From the NCBI GenBank assembly GCA_001938485.1, contig MQRK01196443.1:1-64000 (forward strand): a DNA stretch of 64,000 bases. The letters are read 5' to 3'. This stretch comes from Girardia tigrina. Lineage: Eukaryota. Within the stretch, counting starts at the first letter, position 1. Every line of letters begins with the position of its first letter. The notes under the pieces are model-generated. The model saw nothing but the letters and a program-made list of their open reading frames with translations. It was not told the origin of the DNA and searched no databases. Position numbers and translations under genes: made by a program. Below, piece by piece: positions 11,065 through 24,994 of this stretch.

Positions 11065-11870
11065 TGGCGTTACGAGCAAATGTTACAGATTTGAAATATT
11101 TGGAAGAACTGATGTTTAAGAAGAAAGAAGAAAAGCTATTCATCTTCGAGATACATAATTGCAAGGAGAGACCAATAACCGACCACATAAACAACGTAAA
11201 AGAATTCATCAGTCTCTTTGATTAATTAGTGTTAGAAGATTCCCCATAGATGGATATTTTTATGTCCTATTTTGAAAACAGCTTAATTGCTGAGATCCAA
11301 TGTGAATCAGAAGCTGATGTTACATCGATGAATTTCGAAAAAATGTCATCAAAATTGATTTGAAATTTGATTTAAAGAAATAAAATGTTGGTCAGTTACT
11401 ACCCTTGATAAGAGTGAAACATGAAGAAGGAGAAACGTTATTAGACTTTGCAAATAGAATAAAAGTGAAAACTTTTCATTTACCAGTAAAGTTGGATAAT
11501 ATTCTTGTAAAGATATTTCAACATGGTAAAAAAGACAAAAATTTAGCAAAAGTATTGAAAATATTGAATCCATTCACAATAACAGATGCTTTAACAATGG
11601 TTAGAGAAGAAGACTGCGTAAAGGTTGATAATAATAATCATGAATTCTATAGAATGAACATAGATATAGAAGTATGAGAGGTATTGCAGGACATTAAAAA
11701 GTTAAAGCAATAAAATAAGGAACTAAGAGATGAGATACCAAAACTGAAAGATCGACTTTTTTATGAAAACTAACAATTTTCAAAGAAATTACGAATACGT
11801 CAAGGTTAAATGCTACAAATTCAATAAAACTTGGCATTTTAAAAGATTTCGCAGAACAATAATATGTTTA
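11065..11870 (+). mobile_element. Decayed LTR retrotransposon 5' internal region (PBS plus gag with a degenerate zinc knuckle)
   Basis: ...AACA|TGGCGTTACG PBS-like junction; gag-like frame (GETLLDFANRIK); VKCYKFNKTWHF as a degenerate CCHC knuckle. Confidence 0.55.
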
Positions 11871-11879
11871 TATGACAAT

Positions 11880-12300
11880 AATGTATGTATATAACAATAA
11901 TACAGAAAAGTACTGCCAACAAATTGACAAAATGTATCACGAGCTCCAACGTTTGTACCCGAGATTGGTCAATATGAAGGGGCCGATTCAATGTCAAATG
12001 ACAATTTTCGATGCAAATCTTATGATTGCAAAGGCCTGGAAAATGGTCAAGGAGACGATGATCTCTAACTGCTTCAAAAAAGCTGGTTTCGCTTTAAATG
12101 AGGTAGCCAACAAGAATCCCGATGAATAACCTCCTGAAAATGTAATTTTGTCTGAAGACGATGAATACACGGATTTCGAAATAGGTTTGCAATGCCATGA
12201 CGCACAGGTCGATAATGAGACTGCCATTGTTGAGGCTGTTGCTTCAAAGCGTCCCCAAGTTGATGCCGTAAATCATGAATGCTGTGAAGATAGTGCAAAA
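11880..12300 (+). mobile_element. Chimeric DNA-transposon debris: mariner fragment joined to a pogo/Tigger C-terminal fragment
   Basis: YCQQIDKMYHELQRLYPRLVNMKGPI (mariner) followed by TIFDANLMIAKAWKMVKETMISNCFKKAGF (Tigger/CENP-B). Confidence 0.7.
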
Positions 12301-12954
12301 TGAATCAATCCGTCAACAGGATATCCTCAACTGTTTCTTTCAAAACTTAATAAAAACTGGAATAACTTATGTTGACTTTTAAAAATGGTCAACTAAAATA
12401 TTGAATTTTGCTCTACAAAGATGAGCTAGTGAGACGGCTGTGTACCGATAAAAATATTAGATAAACACTAAATCGATGGTTGTGGTGAATTAAAATTTAT
12501 TAAGGTTGAAAATAACTGTCAATTACTCATCATATTCGGTCATAAACATAGCACTTCGCTTAGCGTGGCCGCTGGTTAACGTGACCAAAGCAGGTTGTAT
12601 TAACAACATCAATATGAGTTTTACAACATTTATTAATATCACAAGCGCATTCACTATTTGACATCTCTCTTGATCAATATATTTCTGAGTTCAAACTAAT
12701 TATTTTCAATAAATGAANNNNNNNNNNNNNNNNNNNNNNNNNNNNNNNNNNNNNNNNNNNNNNNNNNNNNNNNNNNNNNNNNNNNNNNNAAAAAGAACAT
12801 ATTAAATTAATATATTAAAATTTTAAATTACATTAAAAAATAAATAATACATTCAAAAATTATTTTAAATCTTTTTACTTTAAAATTAAATTAAATTATT
12901 TTTAATTAGTGGACAGGAAGCCGTGTCTCCACGATTTTTTAGGAAGAGAGGTGG

Positions 12955-13430
12955 ACAGAAAACAGTAATAATCGCCTTTCATTTTTAAGAAGAACACTTT
13001 AGCTTCACCGCCATTTGAAGGGTCCAACAAGAACTCCTCGAGTAAGGCTATTATATCAGCGCAGACTTCTTTCAATTCTGTTTTTAATTTGACTTCGGTA
13101 GGTTTTAATCAATGGAAGTCGAGAAGGATCTTTTTGTTCGATGCTACTCATTATCCTCCACGTTGCTCTCCGACTTCCGATTACGTTTTTGTATGCTACG
13201 GATAATAAGTTACGCTCTTCCATGTTCAATTCGCCGGTCATTTTAGCGATATCTTTCATCGCATCAACCATTTTATCATATCTTTCAGTTTTTTCAGCTA
13301 ATTTAGCTCTATAAACTTTTGTTTCTTTTTCGATTAATTTAAATTTGATTTCAAGTTCATTTTCAATTGAATTTAAAAATCGACATTGAAAAAATTGACA
13401 ATTATGAAAAACTTTATTTGAAATTGACAT
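12955..13430 (-). pseudogene. Intronless, frameshifted, 3'-truncated 14-3-3 pseudogene with a foreign ~32-codon N-terminal extension
   Basis: [17 protein letters not shown]...[30 protein letters not shown]; frameshift in an A-run near 13083, then [13 protein letters not shown]...EAKVFFLKMKGDYY; homology stops near 12955. Confidence 0.9.
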
Positions 13431-13889
13431 TGATTCACCGCTTTCAAAAATTGGAATTAAAAAAAATATTATGATTGAAATTCACAATTGCAAAAAAATA
13501 CGACACACACACTCCCTCAACCAATCATTCAACATATCATACACACAAACACGCAATCACATTCACAAAAAAAGAAACATACCCACATTGGCAGAGAAAA
13601 TTCATGACACAAAATAACAATGAGGCTCACCACTCAATTATACACCAAAAAAATCAATATTTGTGACCTGTTTCAATGCAATTATGCAATGCAAACAAAA
13701 CCACTGCCAATGCACAAATCTCGCCCTGTTTTCGAATNNNNNNNNNNNNNNNNNNNNNNNNNNNNNNNNNNNNNNNNNNNNNNNNNNNNNNNNNNNNNNN
13801 NNNNNNNNNNNNNNNNNNNNNNNNNNNNNNNNNNNNNNNNNNNNNNNNNNNNNNNNNNNNNNNNNNNNNNNNNNNNNNNNNNNNNNTAT

Positions 13890-14062
13890 TTTATTTATGA
13901 AGTCCTAAAAATGGCAAAAATGTTCGGTCAAATCAGCAATTCTCCGCTCCAATTAGTAAGAATCAAAGAAATTACCAATCATCCATCTGTGTAGGAGAGG
14001 CACAATCCGAATCAACATTCTACATGCACAATATCAACACACAATTCAAAACATTCCTCACA
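13890..14062 (-). mobile_element. TGTGAGG-family LTR copy (5' part; remainder beyond the N-gap)
   Basis: Plus strand reads TACCAATCATCCATCTGTGTAGGAGAGGCACAATCC...ATTCCTCACA. Confidence 0.7.
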
Positions 14063-14753
14063 GGTTGGATAGATATGGCTACTTTAACGGGCTTTGACTC
14101 TATAAAAATATTTGCATTACATGACCCCTGATCTTTTTTGAGATATTATAAAATATTCTATTAAATCAAATAAAGAAAAAAATTTTTTAATGATATATAT
14201 ATCTAAATATGTGAGCTAGAAAAAATAAATAGATTGACTCACTTGAATTACTTTCCATTTTTTCAACAATATAATTCAGTTTGTTATTAAATCTCCAATC
14301 TTAAAAAAATCAAAGATAAAATTATTAAATAAATGTAATAATTTTTATTTATTTTTGTTTTTATACCAAATTATAAACAAAGTTTTTTTAGAAAAAATCG
14401 TTTTATGATACCTAACGTAATTTATTTTTCCAAAAAACAGTTTCATCAGCAATTCACAAATTACAAATTTACAGCAAATATTTCACAATTCCCACTTTAC
14501 CATCACAATTCAACAAGCAAATTTTTACAGCGATGACGATAACAAACTCGTTCGAAAATTATCTCTCTTACACAAGAAATTCAAAATCGTCAATTATCAA
14601 AGCGAAAAAAACAATCACTGTCGAAATTTTGCCACATAAACATTTTTAGCATACAATGACGCGTTTCAACAAACGCATTTTTTATAATTTATTTTTATTT
14701 ATTTAATTTGTTTTTAATTTAATTATTTTTTTATTTTATATTATTATTTATTT

Positions 14754-14802
<49 letters not shown>

Positions 14803-15139
14803 NNNNNNNNNNNNNNNNNNNNNNNNNNNNNNNNNNNNNNNNNNNNNNNNNNATATATATATATATATATATAATTAGCTAACAACAAAAAAACGAATAA
14901 AAATATCACGGATTGTCATTCAAATTGAGGGTTAAGTGTTTATATTTGAGACTTCAAGGAAGGAGAGAGTGAGAGAAAGAGAGAATTTAATTCTTATAAT
15001 AATAATAACCAAACAATAATATAAATTATGATAACCATTTTGAACTCTAAACACTTATATTTAAATCAAAAACCGACAATTTATGAAAAATTAATCATGT
15101 TTACAGTTTAATTATCAAAGGTGTCACAATTTTTAAATT

Positions 15140-15560
15140 ATAGAAACCAATCGTAATCTCAAAACACGGATTAATGACCACTTAGAGTCAAGTAGATCGA
15201 GTAAGTTAGGAAATCGTTGCGAATGTTGTGAAGATAGAACCTAATCAATTTAAAAATACAAGTTTTGAATTCTTCACAGGATTTTTGATTCACATAGTAT
15301 TGTAAATCATTGGTAATCAGATACTATAAGCCATCAAATATCCAAAATGGAAAATTAAATTAGACTGTTAAATATTTTCAATTAATTTATAAATGTTTAA
15401 AGATATTAATTAAAATAATAACTCAATAAAATTAAATTTCAATCATGAATCTGTTTCTTTTTTATTCAATTAAGTTTTCCGAAAGCAAAATAATTAATTG
15501 CTAATGATGACCATTGAGGATTTAAATTTGTAAAACATTAGTTTTTATTTAAATAGGCTT
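15140..15560 (+). mobile_element. Penelope-like GIY-YIG remnant paralogous to 2-470, with a decayed hammerhead
   Basis: Colinear blocks AATCGT.ATCTCAAAAC.CGGATTA, GATCGAGTAAG, GATAGAACCT, CCATCAA; AATTGCTAATGATGA at ~15496 aligns with AATTGCTGATGATGA. Confidence 0.7.
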
Positions 15561-16869
15561 TATCAAATATTTATTCAAATAATATTCAATTAATGCTCAA
15601 ACTAAATGCATATAAATATATATACATTTTGTTAAAAATTTATATCATTTTCATCTTTATTCCGAAAACAATAAAAATAAGAATTGAATAAGAATATAAT
15701 TTGCATTTATGGTGATTTTAATGAAATTATGCATTAAAATAATTTTATTAATTTACTCAATGTTTCGTCAAAGTCGTCCAATTTATCTTTTAATCTTTTA
15801 TCCAAAAGAGAATCTAAAAAAATAAATATAATTACAAAATTTTCAAATCTTATTATAAAAATGGAACCTTATTTTTCTTATTATTAACTATTTAATAATT
15901 ACACAAGAGGGACAGTACTTTTTGCGTTGGTTTATTTATTCAATCAATATGTCCTGTTTCTCTTCGTTACAACTTCGAATTTGGCAAATTGATTTTTTTA
16001 CCAACAAAGAACCCGACAGAAAAACCGCAACGGTGCGACAAATCAAACTTTTGTATTTTGTTCGGTAACATTAAACATAATTTTTTAAATTTTTTAAACC
16101 TTAATTATTGTGTTTAAACTAAAGTGCACTTTTTCAATTATTTAATTATTTTATTTTTAACTTTTTTTAAAGTTTTTTAATTTATTCATTTACTTATTTA
16201 ATTTTCTTAAATTTATTTAATTATTTAAAATTATTTAATGTTTACTTTACTTAATTATTTGATTTTTTATGTTATCTTTCCCAAACTGGCAAAATGTTTG
16301 GTCAATTATTTAACTTTTCGCTCCATATACATTATACAACATTGTTTATTATCTGTAATATACATACCGAATGCCCTTACTTTCAGTAGACATGATGATA
16401 AATATGTTGCTTTAATGGAGCAGTGGATAGAGATTCATGAGATCTTTTAAATAATTGAATATTGTCTATTGAAGCATATAGAATCGACAATGACAAAAAT
16501 ATTTCAAAAATATCGGTGTTCCAACAATTTGACCATCACCGTATTTTTTGGGCGAAACATAAATATTGTCTCATTTTTAAATAATTTTAAAGATGACGTT
16601 TTCGGACTAAACTAAACAAATTTTGGAGGTGAGAGGCTTAACATTATCAACTTTTGTATTACATATTTACAGGTGACACCCTTATAAATATATAATATGA
16701 TTATATTAAAAGGGTTTTTCAATGTGTGGTCCTTACATACTTAAAAACAAGATAAACCATCTCAAAGTTAAATATAATCAATTATAATTTACGGCGTCAT
16801 CTAAAAGTCCATTCCATATTTACATGTTTGTTCGATCTTTATTATTATAAATAAGCCAAGCCTTTTTTA

Positions 16870-17330
16870 ACTAAAGAAGACTTATTAGATAACATTTTGA
16901 GTAATTGTTGTGTAATTTCCGGCATTTGCTTCTCGAATAGACTGTAGATGCTCGAGTAACAAAGGATAACAGAATTCCTGCACCCATTTTATGATGGTTT
17001 CATTATACTGAGCTTCCAAAATTCCGTACCTGTATCGTCAGTAAAGCCCATGACCATCAATTCTAATCAATCCAAATTAGGGAAATGTGTTGCGCAATAT
17101 ATTAAGATTTCTACAAGCACGATCAATATTAGAATGATAGGTTATCTGCATATGCCAATCTATTGAATTGCAGTTAAACATCACTATAGTCGATGAAGTT
17201 TACCGTGAACACGAAACCTTTCGATGTAGTCATGGTAATAACCATGATCAAACTCAAATTAAATAAACAAGATACCATCACTTTTCTCTGTCTGAATCCT
17301 ATTTCGTGAAGAAATTGCTACCCCAAATAA
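16870..17330 (-). mobile_element. Decayed RTE-like LINE RT fragment
   Basis: LFNL...KG...NRLAYADNL...RNLNILRNTF..FGL, colinear with the RT at 43270-43600. Confidence 0.6.
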
Positions 17331-17476
17331 AAGTAACAAAATTTGCATGAAATTCTTTCATCAGACAAAGACTTTAATCAGCAAGACTGAATTTTTTAAG
17401 TCTTGCGCTAAGGTGTTCCAAATGGATGTTATCAAAAGTAATTTTCCAATTAGATGAAGATCGCATATTATTTCTG

Positions 17477-17509
<33 letters not shown>

Positions 17510-17559
17510 NNNNNNNNNNNNNNNNNNNNNNNNNNNNNNNNNNNNNNNNNNNNNNNNNN

Positions 17560-17620
<61 letters not shown>

Positions 17621-19779
17621 TTATATATATATATATATCCATCTTGTATCTTTTACAGTATACAAATTATTTTGGATTACCTGTTGGGCCGGAAACAAAA
17701 TTATTAAAAATATAGTCTTTTGCTCATCACTGATTTCCTTCCAAAAGGAATTTAACCCTATAATTGTTCGCGATAGGTCTTATAACTTTTCCTATTTTTA
17801 TGTGTCTCCACTAGGCTGGGAAATGGTTATGATCTCTGTTCAATATCATAACATAATCCTGCTTCAGTTGTTTAATGAGTGGTTTCCCTTTACATTTCAA
17901 AACCTCTATCATCTATTTCATATAATGTCAGTGTTCTTTACTACTTAGTTTCTATTTATGGCGTGTATAAGAAAAAGTATAGGAAATATTAATAGTACAC
18001 ATTAAGGAAACGAAATTTAATGGAAGATGGTTTGTAAATAATACCATCACATAACATAAATTCAAAGAAATATGAACTGTAAATGACTTTTCAAGACATC
18101 ATCGATCAAGTAAAGAGAAAGAAGGTAAAGCAACAATTAAACTTACAATAACAAGTGATGATAATGTACAGATCAGTGTAATAAGATTAGTTTTAAAACC
18201 AAAGGCGAACAACAATGTTAAAGGCACAAATGGAAGTAAAGTAATCCAAAATAACATTAAGAATGCTTGAAGATGCTGAAAGACAAGAAAGTGTTTTGCT
18301 GAAAAGATAACATTTATGTATAATAAGTGTTCGTGTGTTAAAATGTGTTTTGTTTATTTTCAATAATTGTATAAAATTGTTCATTAAAGTAAAATACTTA
18401 CTCAAATTCATTTCAAGTGTTTCGAGTCTTTTTTCTATTTCACGGTCTGAAAATAAAATACAATCATCACAGTTTCTTTGTGAAAAGAAAGTGAAAAAAA
18501 ATAATTCAAAATATTTTTTTTCAGAGGAGGAAAACTTTGAACAAGAGGTATTTGTGTCAAGAAGTCTTTTAAAGAGCAATGCTTTGGTATGACACCATCT
18601 GGCACATGTACAAAGTTTCTTACAGTAATAACAATAAATATATCATATCAATTTATTTCTATAACAGAAAATGAGGACAATAGCAAATAAGTTCAATGTG
18701 AGTTATAATGCTACAGGAATTCAGATGTACCTCAGTAATTGTATGAACTATCTCCCAAAGGCCAAGTAAACGTACACCTTACCTCCCTTCATACTAAACA
18801 ATATATTATATGAATTCTCGTTTTTTTTTAATTTACAATTCCTCCGTGTGATCTGATAAAAGGAATTAACTTAAGGTATTAATTTTATGACAACCTTTAT
18901 CGGAAATCAGATACCAAAATGATGATGGGAGTAAACAGGACCGGAAGACAGAGATTGCCTCTGATAGTTGTTGGTGTTACTGCATTGTTCAGTTAGAAAT
19001 TACATAAAACAATTACATTAATATATTTAACAACCTTTTCTGCTCCGAACGAAGTATTCATCCATCCTTTTAAACTCTAAATTATAATAAACATTATCGA
19101 AATCATTATGTCAGAATAATTAAATTTAATCCATTGATAATAATAATATTTACTTAATATTAAATGTGACGTATATAAAAATTATAAAATTAAATCTTTT
19201 TAAAATTTCGCTATTTGTGTTATCGTTGAATGTTATTTGGAGAAAAATATATTTTATATGAAATACGTCCATCGATGTACCAATAACGATTCTATCGATA
19301 GTTGAAGTTTTATATATGTTAGGAATTAAAAATGCTATGAAAAATTTTGAAAGAAGGTTATATTAAATATGTACAAATCAAAACTTTTATACAATTAAAT
19401 ATGTAACGTTTGAAAAAATAAAATTACTAAAATTAAGAAGATCAATTAAATTGCTAATCATACAAATTTTTTTGAGAGTTTTTAATATAATATAAAAAGT
19501 AAAATGTATAATTTTTCTGTGGAACGATTTTAAAAAAATTAATAAAATTAAATGAAACGATTAAATATTTTAAAATGGTATCGTAATTTAAAATTGATTT
19601 ATAAAAGTAATGAAAAAATCAAATATGAATATTTATAAGTATTTTTATTTATATCGGTTTAAGATTTATAAAACAAATTGTTTCTCAAAAAAAATAATAA
19701 GTTTGTTTAAATATTAGATTTAAACATATGTTTTGGTGTGGTATAATAAAAGTTTTGATATCAGAAATATCTCATAGTA

Positions 19780-20545
19780 ATAATTCCGACAATGTCCCAA
19801 GAACATCTAATAATATATTTGGACTTTTGTTTATGAACTTAAAAGTATCAATTATAAGGTAAATTAAACCTCTAATCATGGATCGTTTATTACACTTCGT
19901 CTTCATCTTTTCTTCAAAAATTTATTAAGGAAACAGTGGATAAAATGCTTTTAAAAAATAATTCGAAAATCATAGTTTTACTTCTCCTGATGAATCTACG
20001 AAAGGAATTGAATTATCATTAGATAATAATTATATACCTAAATAATGCTTAATTGAACGTTATTCTGAAGAATTTATTAACTTAAAAAAATATATTATTA
20101 AAAACAACTAATAATGAAAAAAATTTGTATCATGATCATAAAATTCAAAATATGTTCAGTAATAAATCTATTACTCATTTGTCACTTTATTCTAATATTT
20201 TTTATGAATATAAATTTATGAGTAAATATAATGAGTAAATGTATTGGAGAGACTGGTCGTCAACTCTGTTAACAAATACAGGAAAATGGTCGAAAAGAGT
20301 AAATAAGATATTAATATTGATAAGTTCAAGATTATGTGTAAGCATTTTGATAGTAATTGGAAGAAAGTGTGACGCGAAGGATTGTTAATTAGGTCACGTT
20401 ACCCTTAAATCAATGTTCAATCGGCAGTCTCAACCAGAGTGATTTCATGCAATCATCATTTTTGTATTTATTCACAGATGAATTAATTATTAATCAGTGA
20501 CTTGAAGATGGAAATTGATACGTTGAAATATATTGTCTCTAAAGA
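19780..20545 (+). mobile_element. Decayed Penelope-like element (RT remnant, GIY-YIG, degenerate hammerhead)
   Basis: CIGETGRQL..QIQE at ~20240 (cf. YIGETxRxLxxRIxEH); GAC TTGAAGATG...GAAATATATTGTC at ~20499-20537. Confidence 0.5.
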
Positions 20546-22186
20546 TATTTTTAATTGGTAAATTTTCTTTTAAAAATTATTTAACAAATGGTGTTCAATT
20601 AAAATGGTTCTGAAAATATCAAGTATCTTTTTTGTATAATTGAAAAGAGAATAAAAAGTTTGTACATATTCTAAAGCTATTTCAGGACGAAGTTTTAATG
20701 TTATTCTTTCAATATACACACAACATAGAGAGTATAATATAATGTTTATATACATAGCTAAGTAAATTATTTTTTAAGCAATTTACTTCAACAATTTATT
20801 TATATATAAAAAAACTTTTTAATAACAAATCAAAGAGCATACCTCCTGCTCTAAACGTCTGAAACCGAAGAATGTCATAACCTAAAAACAAATTGCCATT
20901 TATTAAAAACTTTTAGATTTAAACTTTTGTAAAATAAATTAACGACGTATTAATGGTTGTTAGTTTTTTATTTTTTACGACTGTTATAAAACATTTACGT
21001 AACTTATATTTTTTATTCACTTTAATTCAAAAAAACTGTTCATATTTGATACAAATTCAAATATAAAATATAATAGTTATATTTTATAAGTATAAAGTAA
21101 AGGATGAGAGCATTAAGTAATTTCAGGGGGATATAACATATGGGAAAGACTGTAAAAAAACAGAATTTAAAAATATATAAAACTTTTTCGTAGATATAAT
21201 CAGATTCTATTAATTTTTTATATTTTTTATAAAAATAAATTTGATGTATTTATATTTAGCTTAAAATGTACATAGTCCTCTTAAAACCAGAGCTTTTGTC
21301 CCAATAAAACGTATTTTGTACAATTTATTATTAAAATCATTTTGAGTTGAAAATGCTTTTAAAAGTTAAGTTTAATTAAAGCAATGATGAAAGTCACAAA
21401 ATATTATTACAACAGATATAAAACCCAATTTATAACTAATATTTTCATCTATTTTCAAACAAATTACATCAGCAATTTAAAATAATAAATAAAATGAATA
21501 TAATAAAGTTATATTTATAAATAGTTTTTATAAAATGCAATTTTCATAATTAAGGATTATGTATTAACATAATGTAGTATAATAACTATTGGCAATATAA
21601 ATAATTTAAAATAAATTAATAAATTATTTTAAGAACCCCCATGGGGAGATGTTTTGGTACAATATTTATAAGTTGTTAGTTTCTGACTGCACAGAATGAT
21701 TTCGCGTTTAGAGGTCTTACTAGGTTGATATTATCCTAGTTGTTCATATTGTCCTCAGTTTTACTACCTTGTATAAAGGAAAGAACAAGATGTAGTGAGA
21801 AACGGATAAATATATTTTGATTAAATTTGTGATCTTTTCAAAAGAATAATCGTTATATGATTAACTAATATATCATATTTGAAAGGTGTATCATTATCTT
21901 TTTCCGGTCCATAGTTTAGGGACAAGTTTCATGTTCTGGCTTGATGAATGAATCTTCATTCCACAAATCTTAAACTTCCATCCGATAGAACTTAATTCGA
22001 GACTTTGTTCTTCCTCAATGAATCTGCTGATATTCTCGCACTTTTTTGATTTAACTAATTCACAAATTTTAGGTGGTGATAAGTCTGTGTAAGTAGAATG
22101 ATAATGATTTCTTTTCTACTGTTGATGTAGTGATGCTTTCTCCAGCTGCTTTGATTTGTAGGCGAATTCCTTTTCGGTGTTAATGA

Positions 22187-22364
22187 TGTGAAGAATAATT
22201 TTGAATGGGGTTTATTTTATGTTGTTTGGTATGTTGCTTCATGATTGTGTTATCCCACCCAGATAGAAGATTGATATTTTAATTGTTTGAAAACCTTGGG
22301 TTACTTAACCAATTAAAAATGTAAAAACAACTTTAAAATTAAATTAATATATCATAAATAATAT
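22187..22364 (+). mobile_element. TGTGAGG-family LTR copy, 3'-truncated at a PLE
   Basis: TGTGAAGAATAATTTTGAATGG...TATCCCACCCAGATAGAAGATTGATA, colinear with 6738-6920. Confidence 0.75.
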
Positions 22365-22734
22365 TAGAGAACATGTTTCGCCACTTTTGTGGCATCTTCA
22401 GTTCTGTATTTAATTAGAAAATTATTGTTTATATAGAAAGATGACCATTATATCACAGTGTGTTACGTCAAAATACTCTAATATTATTGGACGAATCACT
22501 TTGCACATTTAAACTAGGTTTACAAAACTTTATTAACATTGCATCATTAATTCTCTTTTCATAATTGTGATCAAAGTTACTAATCAAAACCCGAAAATCA
22601 TTATCAAATACCATCCTCTGAGTTCCATGACATTTCACTATGTGGTCAAAAATTGAGCTTTTTTCTACTTGATTGGGTATGTTCTGCAATTCTAGTACGG
22701 ATGTAACGATTTGTCTCTCCAATTTGCACCTCAC
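22365..22734 (-). mobile_element. Penelope-like element 3' fragment (GIY-YIG C-terminus plus 3' repeat)
   Basis: SSIFDHIVKCH...FRVLISNFDHNYEKRINDAMLIKFCKPSLNVQ; hammerhead downstream. Confidence 0.75.
22367..22406 (-). ncRNA. Minimal hammerhead ribozyme (stem I imperfect)
   Basis: Minus strand: CAGAA CTGAAGA T GCCAC-AAAA-GTGGC GAAAC ATGTTCTC, ~60 bp downstream of a GIY-YIG stop codon. Confidence 0.65.
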
Positions 22735-24027
22735 CTCATCCCTTTACAGTATTAAGCCTGAGGCTTTTTAGGAGGCCTGGTACGCTGATGGTTCTCAACG
22801 AGCACTCCCCCAATGTTGGGATCCATGCCTTTGTTCCGCCTGTCTGAAGATGCAACGACGTCATTACGACACCCTTCACCGGGATTGATTCATACCAGAT
22901 CATTAAGATACAATCCAACTATCGACAGCGGGGTCACTACTCCCCACAGCCTTCACACCCAGATTGTAAAGCTTAGCCTAGTGAATGGATTGCTGGCCCA
23001 TTCCTGAATACGATCTATTACCGGCTGTTCCGCAATAATCGGCTAGCTCTTGGACACTTTAGCCTAGAGACCGAGATCTCTAGTTACTCAGGGATACTAC
23101 GTAGAAGTATGCCCACTGGCCGCAAAGTTCATCCCTGCTCTCCAATGTAAAAGGTTTCACACTTTTGACATTTATATTGGTAAACCAAAAGGGTATGAAA
23201 GCAAATTTTGGACCACATAGTGAAATGTCATGGAACTCAGAAAATGGCAATTTATCTTCCAAAAAATATTTTGATTGTCCAATTAAACTGATTTTCGGTA
23301 GACTCACCTTTAATAGATTCACCGCTTTATAGTGTGGAAGGTCATTTCAAAACACTGATCAAATGCTCATATTTCTGTTAGGTACACTAATGGATTTGTG
23401 AACCACATTATATCTGAATGACCACATCCACTTTGGTTCGAGCATCAACAGTACCAGTATGGTAATGGCTAAAAATGCGGTGACCCTCATACTTGGTACA
23501 TAAACAATAATCAGAGAAAAACATGAAAGGATATTTGTGTTATCAACAACTGTAATGTGATGATATTCTAACTCAATAGAGGAATAAATGTATGAATTCT
23601 GACAATGATAAACAAAAAATACGGGGTGAAATCAGCCGCCAGTGACTGATGGATGGAGCTCAAATATATTTCCCAAAAATTTCTACCTAATAATATATTT
23701 CCAAAAATAAATTATGAATTAATAATCTTCCATGGAATAAATATGATTTTATTCAAATCTCACGAAATTCCTTTTTTATATGTTTTGTAAAATTAAAATA
23801 TTTATCTCAGAATTGATGAAAAACAAAATATTAATTTTTGTATTTACCTTTACGACATTTCCCAAAAACACATTTTGCTAAAATATGAAACAAAAAATAA
23901 ATATAAATTTAAAATGTCAAATATTAACTTAAATATTACAATTTTATAGGACAAATTGTTTAAATTAATTTAACTAATATATTTGATTTACATTAGAAAT
24001 CTTTACAATCTTCTTTAGATCCCTTTT

Positions 24028-24978
24028 TATTACCACGTTTTTCTCAACTTACTTTCTTGAATGTCTGTCTGTCTTTTGTTTGTAAATCTTGCGATCGATT
24101 TTTCGACCACTTTCTAACATCCAATTGAGCTGAAACTTTTTGTGCAAGCTTAGTTCCGATGACAATACAGAATTATAAAAAAATTTGAAATAAAATAATT
24201 TTTTCTAATTTTTTTTTGCAAAAAACCACTTACGATTATCTACAAATTTATACACTGTATTAAATAGCAATCTTTTCGTTTATTTTCATGAATGAAGTTT
24301 TATACAGGCTTGCTTCCGATGACAATACAATATTTTAAAACATTTACGGCTCTACATATACCGCATATGCTATAATTTAACTTTATGAAAATTTTAACTT
24401 TATGAAAAAATCAATAATATTAATTAATACGTACAAAAAAATTATTTTGAAATAAAACTTGCTTTTATTAAAATAAAACTTTGTTATTTTGGTTTTATTA
24501 TCATTTCTGTTATTCGAAATCAATCAAAAGATTTGAATTCCTAAATGAAAACTAAAAATAGTTAAATAATATTATTAATAAAAAAAGTTTTATAAAAACA
24601 ACCACGTTTTTCAAGCATTACCAATGCACTAAAAAGAGGAAAATAATTTTTTTTCTAGAAATGTGCGAAATTTTATACCTAACCCAAAAACGTGGGGCGG
24701 ATTTCTGAATTACTGCTATTAGTAACTGCTNNNNNNNNNNNNNNNNNNNNNNNNNNNNNNNNNNNNNNNNNNNNNNNNNNATTACTGCTATTAGTAACTG
24801 CTATTTCCTCTTTACTGCTTTTTAGTAACAATCGATCATTTCTATGCCCCACGTTTTTGGTTAGGTATAAAATTTCGCACATGTCTAGAAAAAAAATTTA
24901 TTTTTCTCTTTAGTGCATTGGTAATGCTTGAAAAACGTGGTTGTTTTTATAAAAATTTTTTTTATTAATAATATTATT
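24028..24978 (+). mobile_element. Second copy of the composite HINE-like repeat plus foldback palindrome
   Basis: Reverse-complement match to 9297-10092; carries an extra segment between two TTCCGATGACAATACA direct repeats. Confidence 0.8.
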
Positions 24979-24994
24979 TATCTTCTCATAACAT

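Noticed and set aside
14757-14873. (TA)n tracts, most with N-gaps (also 17480, 27170, 27610, 45075), and YIYI ORFs
   Set aside because: Simple microsatellites and assembly gaps.
18335-21310. Scattered exon-like pieces (18700-18990 on +; 20570-20881 and 21270-21310 on -)
   Set aside because: No consistent splice model or recognisable domain could be built.
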